A DNA stretch of 52,512 nt from Chryseobacterium gleum (GCA_945865695.1 CAMBFX010000002.1:1-52512), one strand, 5' to 3'. Shown: positions 37,729 through 45,401, counted from the first letter of the stretch. Translations and numbers: made by a program. Notes: generated by a model from the letters alone, not told the origin.

Positions 37729-37852
37729 GATTTAAGCGATATTTATTGGGAAAAGGCCATTGACTTGGATAAGGAGTAGAAAGTGGCGGTGGAGGAGTTT
37801 AAGAAGGGGTGGAGTGTTGGTGAGGAGTTTTCAAAAATAAAACACAATAAAT

Positions 37853-40060
37853 TCATAAAACCTTTTCAAAAATCCCAACTACTCTAAAATTAATCAATTC
37901 ATCATCCGAAAGTTCGATGTCGGAATAATTTGCAAGGTTGGATAATGGTTTTAAGGTAATGGATTGATGCTTCCATTCATCAAGTGAGGTTTTCTTTTTA
38001 CTATGATATTCTTTAACCGTATAACCTGAACCAAATTCAGAATCTTTTATATTAGTCGATTCAACTAATACGATTTTACCATTCCTAGTTCCGCCTTCAT
38101 CTTGTTTGAATAGACAATAGGAACCATTCGGAATTTTCTTATTCATAGATTCACCTATAACCTTACAAACAAAATAACCTTTTTTCGCAGCAATATTCAT
38201 TGGAGGTTCAATCCAAGTTAATTCGGAATGATTTTGCAAATCACTAAAGTTTCCAGCCGCGGCAGAAATATCTACCAATGGAATACAGTTGACATATGGT
38301 TTTACTTCATCATTACGTATAATTCTGAATGGGATTTCCTTTTCGAACATTTGAATATGTTGTTTGAAATAATCTCTTAATTCTTTGTTATAAGCATAAA
38401 CGAATGTTCCTTTTATTCCACGATACATGATTGTTTTGTAAATATTGATGATGTATGATTTCAGTTGCTCAGGATTAGAAATTCCCTTTTTCCCATTAAT
38501 GTCAAAATATTTTTTTGGATCTATTTCAATTATATTTTTTTCCTTATTGTAATTTATTTCCTTTCCGAAGATCACAGCAGTATAATTCAAGTCATATCCT
38601 TGAGTGGTATGTATACATCCAACTTCTTCAAATGCATTTTCCGAATTAATCCAATCTTTATCGGTAGAATTCCATTTGAATTTTAATCCATCCAAATCAA
38701 TGTCAGTCACATTTGAAACAGGTTTTGGATCCAGTTTCGGATTCGACAACCATTGCCAAGCATATCCTGCAATCATTCTACATAATCCAAATTGATGTTC
38801 TCTTTTTACTAATTCAGAATGAAGATCAATGAACGAATCAAAAATCAGTAGTTCATATTTCTCTTCTTGGTATTTAGAATTTTCACTTCTTTTGACATGA
38901 AGTAAATCATCAACAAATTGAATGTAATTATTCCCTCCATTCACTCTCATTTGAGATTTTAATGCGAGTTGTAATGTAGATTTATTCGTTAATAATTTGA
39001 GGAAGTTTTTAGAGTCTACATCTGAAGGTTTTACAGATTGTGCAGAATCATAAAAGAAAATTTGATTTTTACTGTTTGCCAAAATCCAATCCAATTCGGT
39101 TCCACTATCATCCAAACCTAGTTTTTGATTGTTCTTCTTGAATGCGCCCATCCAACTGATATTTTTATATTGTCTTAAACGATGAGCTTCATCTACAATC
39201 AATAAATCATATTTATCTTTTAGTTTGAACGTATCAGATGGATTAACGATCATTGATGATTTTAATCCTGGAATTTTTTTGAAAACATTTTCTAAAGATT
39301 CTCTCAAAGAAGTCATTGCTACAACTAATCCTATTTTTGCATTAGGATATTTTGTTTGGAATGCTTTGATATAATTTATTTCCCTTAACTCATCATCATT
39401 AAATTCTTCTAATTGATTATTTTCAACAACAGTAAGCAATAGTTTCATTAAATAGGTTGCGAGAATGGTTTTTCCAGTTCCTGCACTACCACTAATAAAA
39501 ATCTGGTTTGATTTTTTAGATGCCAATCCATCTAAAATTTCTAAAACAGATTGATATTGGTCTTCATTTAGTGATTTGTAAGGAGAATATTTGAAAAGTT
39601 CAGAATTTTCAATTTCAGTTAAAGATTTGGTGACAATTTTTTTCTCCACCAATTTGTTCCAAACTTCTTTAAATAGATTTCTATATAAATCTTGTTGGTA
39701 ATATTTATGATTGATTAAACCGTAATTTCCATTTTGCAATTCAAAAGTTCCTTCGGCAGTGATATATTGAATTAAATTAGACTCAATATCTAACGTAGCA
39801 GATTTATTGAATTTATCTGAACCAATGATGGAAATTTTATCCAATTTACATCTTTCTGGATTTGCCAAATGATTTTTGATTCTACTAGCTGCATTGGTAG
39901 ATTCACCAACATAAGCCAATTTTTTGGAATCACTTTGAATGAAATAAACTAAAGGCCATTGATTTTTAACCCAAGTGTTTTGCTCTATTTTGGGTAATGA
40001 TTCCTTTTTGAAATCAAATTTTTCTGAAATTTCAATTGATAATTCGAATGATAAACTCAT
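37853..40060 (-). CDS. Three-domain fusion: GIY-YIG nuclease, DUF2075-like P-loop (SF1-like) helicase/NTPase, and LexA-type S24 self-cleaving peptidase domain
   Basis: GIY-YIG: LVYFIQ...LAYVGES...R..NH...LDIESNLIQYI (aa ~37-100). Core: KYSPYKSLNEDQ, Walker A GSAGTGKT (nt 39467-39490), Walker B LLIVDEAHRL. C-terminus: PLVDISAAAGNF (LexA-like Ala-Gly cleavage context), VIGESMNKKIPNGSYCLF (Ser nucleophile motif), YTVKEY (Lys). Confidence 0.85.
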   Translation of the reverse strand: MSLSFELSIEISEKFDFKKESLPKIEQNTWVKNQWPLVYFIQSDSKKLAYVGESTNAASRIKNHLANPERCKLDKISIIGSDKFNKSATLDIESNLIQYITAEGTFELQNGNYGLINHKYYQQDLYRNLFKEVWNKLVEKKIVTKSLTEIENSELFKYSPYKSLNEDQYQSVLEILDGLASKKSNQIFISGSAGTGKTILATYLMKLLLTVVENNQLEEFNDDELREINYIKAFQTKYPNAKIGLVVAMTSLRESLENVFKKIPGLKSSMIVNPSDTFKLKDKYDLLIVDEAHRLRQYKNISWMGAFKKNNQKLGLDDSGTELDWILANSKNQIFFYDSAQSVKPSDVDSKNFLKLLTNKSTLQLALKSQMRVNGGNNYIQFVDDLLHVKRSENSKYQEEKYELLIFDSFIDLHSELVKREHQFGLCRMIAGYAWQWLSNPKLDPKPVSNVTDIDLDGLKFKWNSTDKDWINSENAFEEVGCIHTTQGYDLNYTAVIFGKEINYNKEKNIIEIDPKKYFDINGKKGISNPEQLKSYIINIYKTIMYRGIKGTFVYAYNKELRDYFKQHIQMFEKEIPFRIIRNDEVKPYVNCIPLVDISAAAGNFSDLQNHSELTWIEPPMNIAAKKGYFVCKVIGESMNKKIPNGSYCLFKQDEGGTRNGKIVLVESTNIKDSEFGSGYTVKEYHSKKKTSLDEWKHQSITLKPLSNLANYSDIELSDDELINFRVVGIFEKVL

Positions 40061-40395
40061 AGTTCATCATATTTCTTCGCAGTTCCTTTCGCCTTTTCAA
40101 CTGGATATTTTTCACCATTCTTTTTTATTTTATCCAACACAATTTGTTTTACATCCAAATTATGTCTTTCAGCCAATAAGAATGCGTACGCAAAAACATC
40201 GGCCAACTCTTCTTTTAATTTTTCTTTATTTACGTTTTCACTTTCCTTCACATCTTTCCAAAGAAATAATTCATTGAGCTCGGCTGCTTCAATAGAAATG
40301 GCTGTGGCTAAATTTTTTGAATCATGAAATTGTTCCCAATCACGTTCGTTGCGGAATTTAAGAAGGGCAGAGGTAATTTCTTGGATATCGGTCAT
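40057..40395 (-). CDS. MazG-type nucleoside triphosphate pyrophosphohydrolase (DCTPP1-like, all-alpha)
   Basis: FRNERDWEQFHDSKNLATAISIEAAELNELFLWK...EELADVFAYAFLLAERHNLD...KNGEKYP. Its stop overlaps the start of the downstream fusion gene (ATGA at 40057-40060). Confidence 0.85.
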   Translation of the reverse strand: MTDIQEITSALLKFRNERDWEQFHDSKNLATAISIEAAELNELFLWKDVKESENVNKEKLKEELADVFAYAFLLAERHNLDVKQIVLDKIKKNGEKYPVEKAKGTAKKYDEL

Positions 40396-40613
40396 AATTG
40401 TATTCTGTTATTCATTTGCGGTGAAAGTAAATTTATAGTGGGTTAAATTTAGCCTATTTAACCAATATATCAATAGGAAAATAATAGGAATGATACTTGT
40501 TTCAATAATCATTGGACTTCTTACCTCATCAACATCACAATTCTAGCCGCAAACGTAATATATTTCCTTTTATTTCTGATTAAAACAATTATAATCAACT
40601 ACTTATATATTAG

Positions 40614-40655
40614 TTGTACAAAACGTACAATTATTGTACAATTTGTATAACTTTG
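40614..40655 (+). promoter_or_regulatory. Operator-like TTGTACAA palindrome array overlapping a -7 box (TAACTTTG)
   Basis: Perfect 8-bp palindrome TTGTACAA at 40614-40621 and 40634-40641. Degenerate copies acGTACAA at 40623-40630 and TTGTAtAA at 40643-40650, giving ~10-bp phasing. TAACTTTG at 40648-40655 lies 28 nt upstream of the ATG at 40683. Confidence 0.5.
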
Positions 40656-40682
40656 TAGGAAATAAATCGTAAAAAAGGGTAG

Positions 40683-41204
40683 ATGAAAGTTCGTATTATC
40701 GAAATAGCAACAGGCAGATATGTAAATGGAGAAATCCGGATTCCCGAAAAAGAAATGGAATTACCATCCTTACAACTAGGATGGAGATTTAATTTTATGA
40801 AACATTCAAAATCAAAAGGAGCTAAAACTTTTATTTTGGTTAAGGAAGAAACACTGGATATTATTGAAGGTTGTTTGATATTTGAAATGAAAAATAATCA
40901 AGAACCTTATATGGCTTATATTGAACTTGCGCCTCATAATAGAGGTGACAAAAGAAGGCATGAGGAAGTAGCGGGCTGTTTAATCGCTTTTGCATCTCGT
41001 TTGAGTTTTGATTATGGCGAAGGACCTTTCAGAGGCTTTTTGGCATTTCATGTTTCAGAAGAAAAAGAAAAAGATCAAATTAAACTTATCTCTCATTATA
41101 GCAAACAGTACAATGCTATATGGCTAAAAGGAACAAAAAAAATGATCATTCATCCTGAAGTAGGTGAAAAATTAATCAATAAATATTTAAAACCATTTTT
41201 ATGA
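40683..41204 (+). CDS. Hypothetical protein, possibly GNAT-like fold
   Basis: 173-aa ORF. The segment IEGCLIFEM...YMAYIELAPHNRG...EVAGCLIAFASRLSFDYGEGPFRGFLAFHV resembles an acetyltransferase beta4-alpha3 region, but no clear Q/RxxGxG/A motif is present. Confidence 0.55.
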   Translation: MKVRIIEIATGRYVNGEIRIPEKEMELPSLQLGWRFNFMKHSKSKGAKTFILVKEETLDIIEGCLIFEMKNNQEPYMAYIELAPHNRGDKRRHEEVAGCLIAFASRLSFDYGEGPFRGFLAFHVSEEKEKDQIKLISHYSKQYNAIWLKGTKKMIIHPEVGEKLINKYLKPFL

Positions 41205-41248
41205 AAATATAAATAACCCGAACAATAAAACTCAAAAATAACCATCAC

Positions 41249-41752
41249 ATGAAAACAAAGAAAATTAAGATAAAGGGAAAAGCCACCGGAGTCAATGAAA
41301 TATCCGAAAAGGAAATCTGGAATAAGGATGAACTGGATAAAGTTAGAGAATATATCCTAAAAGAATCCAAGAAGCAAAGTCCGGAGCAAAAATTGAGAAA
41401 TGAATTATTGTCGATTCAGTTTAAAATGGAAGACTATATTCAGAATAATGAAATAGAAAATGAGATGAACTTATCCGATTTTTTCAAACTCTATTTGAAA
41501 GTTTTGCATTTAAAACAAAATCAAATTGCAGAAGTATTAGAAATGCAAGACAGTAATCTCATTAAATATTTGAATGGTGATAGAGGATTAAATCCGGATT
41601 TTGTTATGAAGTTGAGTTCATTTTTTCATACGAAGCCGGAACTTTGGTATATGGTAGAAATAAAGAATAACTTGAATAAATTAAAAACGGAGAATAAGCA
41701 AATCAATAAGTATAAAAAGTACGATTATCGTAAATTTGTAACAGCTATTTAA
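41249..41752 (+). CDS. XRE/HigA-like helix-turn-helix protein
   Basis: The C-terminal half KQNQIAEVLEMQDSNLIKYLNGDRGLNPDFVMKLSSFF is a classic XRE-type HTH. The N-terminal ~70 aa is charged and helical. Confidence 0.65.
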   Translation: MKTKKIKIKGKATGVNEISEKEIWNKDELDKVREYILKESKKQSPEQKLRNELLSIQFKMEDYIQNNEIENEMNLSDFFKLYLKVLHLKQNQIAEVLEMQDSNLIKYLNGDRGLNPDFVMKLSSFFHTKPELWYMVEIKNNLNKLKTENKQINKYKKYDYRKFVTAI

Positions 41753-41777
41753 ATAAGACTTTATTGGAAGAAAATTC

Positions 41778-41803
41778 AAGCAGCTCATTTGGGCTGCTTT
41801 TTT
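41778..41803 (+). terminator. Rho-independent terminator after the XRE gene
   Basis: AAGCAGC-TCATTTGG-GCTGCTT followed by TTTT; 7-bp stem, 8-nt loop. Confidence 0.7.
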
Positions 41804-41821
41804 GTTATTGATGGAAGAATT

Positions 41822-43063
41822 CTACCTCATCACCCTCACAACTCTTCCCACCAATTCTCTACCTACAAAAGGCGTATTCTTCGATTTACTCTTAATATCT
41901 TTTGCAGTAAAAATCCATTTTTCATCAGGGTTGAAAATAGTGAGATTCACTTTTTCTCCATTTTTGATTTCAGGATTTTGCAGGCCTAATAATTTGCGCG
42001 GTTGAGTGGTGAATTTCTCAATGAGATCTTCGAGTTTTAATTTTTTCTGAGTGGCAGTGCGGGCCACAGCAAAGGCGGTTTCTAATCCTATCATTCCGAA
42101 TTCGGCATGTTCAAATTCTAAATCTTTGCTCTCGATATCTTGTGGCACATGCGAAGAAGCAATGCAATCAATGGTTCCATCTGCGAGTCCGTCTATCAGT
42201 GCATCTATATGTTCTTGCGAGCGGAGAACAGGAAGCACTTTATAATTGGAGTCGAAATCTTTCAATGAAGTATCATCGAGTAATAAATTCGCAACGGCTA
42301 CTTGTGCGGTTACTTTTGTTCCCGCTTTTTTGGCTTTGCGAATGGATTCTACAGCTTCCTTGGTAGAAACATTCAGGAAGTGTAGTGCAGATTGATTGAA
42401 TTCGGCCAATTGTATATCTCTGTTCACTTGTAATTCTTCGGCTATCGCAGGAATTCCTTTCATGCCTAATTTGGTAGATTCAATGCCTTCGTGCATCTGT
42501 CCGCCTTTAGAAAGGGCTTTATCATTGGGAAAAACCATGATTAATCCGCCTGAGTTTTTGCTGTACATCAATGCTCTCGAGAGTAATTCTGAATTCACCG
42601 GACGAAATCCATCGGTGAAAGCTCTCGCTCCTGCCAAATACATATCGTGGTATTCGCTCATGTTTTGTCCATCAAAGTTTACCGATAGCGAACCGTAAGG
42701 AACGATTTCTACGATCTTGTTTTCACTTTTCCTGCGGATGTATTCCACTTGCGATTTTCCGCTCACCACAGGCGAGGTTTCGGGTAATAATCCCACCCCG
42801 GTAAATCCTCCTGCCATGGCAGCGTTGATTCCACTTTCAATCGTTTCTTTATGCTCGTATCCTGGATCGCAAAAAGAAGCGGTCATATCGAACCAACCAA
42901 TAGAGACGTGAAGATTTTCTCCTTGAATTGTTTCATCGGCTGCATCCGAAATAGAATCTTCGATTTTCTCGATGATTCCGTTCACAATCAAAATATCTTT
43001 TTTCTTTCCGTGGAGAGAAGAACCTTTGGAGATGATGGTGACGTTTTTTAATAGAGTAGGCAT
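41822..43063 (-). CDS. Dihydroorotase-like protein lacking the metal-binding residues (PyrC'-type pseudoenzyme)
   Basis: Collinear with type-I DHOase (PGYEHKETIESG..AA.AGGFT; QMHEG...LGMKGIP..AE; GLET). However, HxH is replaced by DMTASF, HcED by FPND, LHi.HvST by LHFLNVST, and TDHAPH by SSHVPQ. Confidence 0.85.
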   Translation of the reverse strand: MPTLLKNVTIISKGSSLHGKKKDILIVNGIIEKIEDSISDAADETIQGENLHVSIGWFDMTASFCDPGYEHKETIESGINAAMAGGFTGVGLLPETSPVVSGKSQVEYIRRKSENKIVEIVPYGSLSVNFDGQNMSEYHDMYLAGARAFTDGFRPVNSELLSRALMYSKNSGGLIMVFPNDKALSKGGQMHEGIESTKLGMKGIPAIAEELQVNRDIQLAEFNQSALHFLNVSTKEAVESIRKAKKAGTKVTAQVAVANLLLDDTSLKDFDSNYKVLPVLRSQEHIDALIDGLADGTIDCIASSHVPQDIESKDLEFEHAEFGMIGLETAFAVARTATQKKLKLEDLIEKFTTQPRKLLGLQNPEIKNGEKVNLTIFNPDEKWIFTAKDIKSKSKNTPFVGRELVGRVVRVMR

Positions 43064-43117
43064 ATTTTATTTTTTAAAACGAGATTGTTTTTAAGGATGG
43101 AAGAGAAATTCAAATTT

Positions 43118-43227
43118 AACCGCAGAGGCGCAGAGTTCACAGAGGAAGAGAAATTAAATCTTCTAAAAAAAGTATAAAGAATAGAAATGCTTCGCATTTT
43201 CTTTGCGATTTCTGCGCCTCTGCGGTT
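43118..43227. repeat. REP/MITE-like element: perfect 17-bp inverted repeat separated by 76 bp
   Basis: AACCGCAGAGGCGCAGA at 43118-43134 and its exact reverse complement TCTGCGCCTCTGCGGTT at 43211-43227, followed by a T-rich run. It lies in the 197-nt gap between two minus-strand genes. Confidence 0.7.
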
Positions 43228-43260
43228 TTTTCTTTTTTTCATTTTTCTTTAAAGGTCATC

Positions 43261-45309
43261 TTATTCTTTCCAAAGTCTTAAAAGTAAACTCTCCGTCAAC
43301 AAAAATATCAGCGCCAAAATTATACACCATTGCCAATATTCTTTTGTGCTATCTTTCTTTTCAATTCCCAATTCTTCTTCGGGGCCTTTGTCTTCGAGGA
43401 GGAGGAAATTTTCCATTCCGTTTTCTAAGAGATAAGCATTCAGATTGGTGATGCAACTTAAATCCGATTCTTGTCTATCGAAATTAAAACCAGCACCGAT
43501 TACTGCTTCTTCTCCAAAATTCAATTGGTAATTTCCTGCATCTTTGATTTGTCCCATCAAATAAATATCAATGCTTCCACCGTTATTTCTCGATTCGGGA
43601 ATTAATTTCGCTTCACCGTTAATCTGAATAATTTCAAATGGTTTTTCGCCTGAATAACTTTTATTGACAATCGAAATATTTTCTTCTTTACCAATGGTAA
43701 AAGCAATGGTTTTGGAAGTTTGACTCCATTCGGCCATTCTCAAAACAATAGGAACAAACACCGCATGACGAGTGAAATTTCCTGCTTTTTCAGAAAGTGG
43801 AACAGAAGAAACAAATATTTGTCCGATGCCACGACTGTATCTGGTGATGACAGGTTGCGCATTTTGTAAACCTAAAATTGTACTCACGCCCGGCATTAAA
43901 TTTTGTGAACTAGAGTAGTGCGCCTTGATTCTGGGCAAATCAATGCTCGAAGGATCTTTGTCAAAAATATTCCGGAAGAATGGTTCTTGTCCTTTTAGCG
44001 GTTGCAATTTGTAGGTATTTGTATCCAAAGAATTAAATCCATTGCAATTATTACTATTGAGAAAATCATTATACGTAATCACTTTTCCATTTATATCCGG
44101 AAAGAAAGCAACCGTTCCGCCACCATCAATGAATTTCTTAATTTCGCGACTCATCCCTGAGGAAATTTCTTTTGGTTCGTTCAGGATAATGAAATTATAA
44201 GTGTTCAATTTAGAATAATCTACTCTCGAAGAAGGAACAGAGTTTATCTTGTAGAAAGCATCTCCTGCAAATAATTTATTAATTGGATTTTTGGCAGTAT
44301 CTAAATGATCACCATAAATATTCAAAACATTTAATTGTTTGAGTGTGGAGTAGGAGAAGTAATAATGATCATCATACGGAAAATCTACATCTCCAATAAA
44401 AACATCGGCATGAATAATTCCCGGTAAACTATTAGAATAAAACAAAGCAGTATCTACATACGAATTGGGTTCCACCGCAAAGCTGCCGATACTTTTTTCG
44501 CTTCCGTTTAGCATTAGTCTCATTGGTGCATTGTCCACCTGTATATCCGAAAGATTTTTAATTCTAATGTTTAATTTTTCAGAAGCATTCAATTGTCTCA
44601 GCGGAGAATCATACCAAACCGAATCGATATAGACATTGGCTTTTTGAGCAGCGTTTAAGGGAAGGAAAATGGTTCGAGGTAGCTTTTTATCTTTTAATTG
44701 ATCTAGATCCGCAGTGGATTTTTGAAAATCGGAAAGGATGACAATTCTTTTTTCTAATTCGGGTTCGTTGTTTTGAATATCAGTGATTCGAGAAATGACC
44801 TCGCTCATTTTACGAGAGGAAGTAGAAACTTTCACCTCTTGCACCATGTCTTTGAATTCTTCCTTATTCACCAAACGTTGCTCGAGTCCATCAAAATTAT
44901 TGGTCACTAGTTGGAACAAATCATTCTCTGAATATTCATCGGCCAGTTGCAAAGCTTTTTGTTTAGCAATTTGAAGCAATTGGCCATTTTTGCCTTTGGC
45001 TTCCATGCTGTAGGAATTATCAATATAAACGGAGATGGCTTTTTTACCTTTTAGTTTCTCTCCACCGGGTCCAGGAATGAAAGGACGTGCAAAAGCGAAA
45101 ACCAGAAAAGCAAAAGCGAGAATTCGGCAGAGAAGAACTAATAAATGTTTGATTCGATTTCTATTCTGTGTTTGCTCTTTAATTTCTTTAAGGAAACGTA
45201 TATCTGAGAAATAGATTTTCTTAAATCTTCGGAAATTAAATAAATGGATAATGATGGGAATCGAGATAACCGATAGGGCAAATAAAAACTCCGGGTAGGC
45301 AAACTTCAT
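43261..45309 (-). CDS. BatA-like protein with N-terminal double-transmembrane (aerotolerance-regulator N-terminal) domain
   Basis: MKFAYPEFLFALSVISIPIIIHLFNFRRFKKIYFSDIRFLKEI is the characteristic N-terminus. There is a second TM after about 50 aa and a C-terminal TM anchor. Confidence 0.8.
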   Translation of the reverse strand: MKFAYPEFLFALSVISIPIIIHLFNFRRFKKIYFSDIRFLKEIKEQTQNRNRIKHLLVLLCRILAFAFLVFAFARPFIPGPGGEKLKGKKAISVYIDNSYSMEAKGKNGQLLQIAKQKALQLADEYSENDLFQLVTNNFDGLEQRLVNKEEFKDMVQEVKVSTSSRKMSEVISRITDIQNNEPELEKRIVILSDFQKSTADLDQLKDKKLPRTIFLPLNAAQKANVYIDSVWYDSPLRQLNASEKLNIRIKNLSDIQVDNAPMRLMLNGSEKSIGSFAVEPNSYVDTALFYSNSLPGIIHADVFIGDVDFPYDDHYYFSYSTLKQLNVLNIYGDHLDTAKNPINKLFAGDAFYKINSVPSSRVDYSKLNTYNFIILNEPKEISSGMSREIKKFIDGGGTVAFFPDINGKVITYNDFLNSNNCNGFNSLDTNTYKLQPLKGQEPFFRNIFDKDPSSIDLPRIKAHYSSSQNLMPGVSTILGLQNAQPVITRYSRGIGQIFVSSVPLSEKAGNFTRHAVFVPIVLRMAEWSQTSKTIAFTIGKEENISIVNKSYSGEKPFEIIQINGEAKLIPESRNNGGSIDIYLMGQIKDAGNYQLNFGEEAVIGAGFNFDRQESDLSCITNLNAYLLENGMENFLLLEDKGPEEELGIEKKDSTKEYWQWCIILALIFLLTESLLLRLWKE

Positions 45310-45401
45310 TAAAAACCAAAATTAAGTGTTTTCGAGTCAATACAAAATTATACTTTGAATCTTCTGAAATTATAACGCATTAAAAAATCGAAAAATTACC
45401 A

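Noticed and set aside
37764-37830. Purine/G-rich, almost C-free tract (GGAGTAGAAAGTGGCGGTGGAGGAGTTTAAGAAGGGGTGGAGTGTTGGTGAGGAG) between the convergent cupin and nuclease-helicase genes.
   Set aside because: The tract is compositionally striking in an AT-rich genome. It is C-rich on the minus strand downstream of the helicase gene, which could act as a Rho-utilisation-like site. However, it has no repeat or hairpin structure, and I cannot support a function from sequence alone.
41789-43051. Multiple 60-100-aa plus-strand ORFs across 41789-43051.
   Set aside because: All are antisense to the continuous 413-aa DHOase-like ORF, which has clear family collinearity.
43048-43451. ORFs 43048-43242 (-) and 43203-43451 (+) in and around the DHOase-like/batA-like intergenic gap.
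   Set aside because: They are translations of the inverted-repeat element (RRGAEIAKK / LRLCGFFFF) and of the antisense strand of the batA-like 3' end. They are not credible genes.
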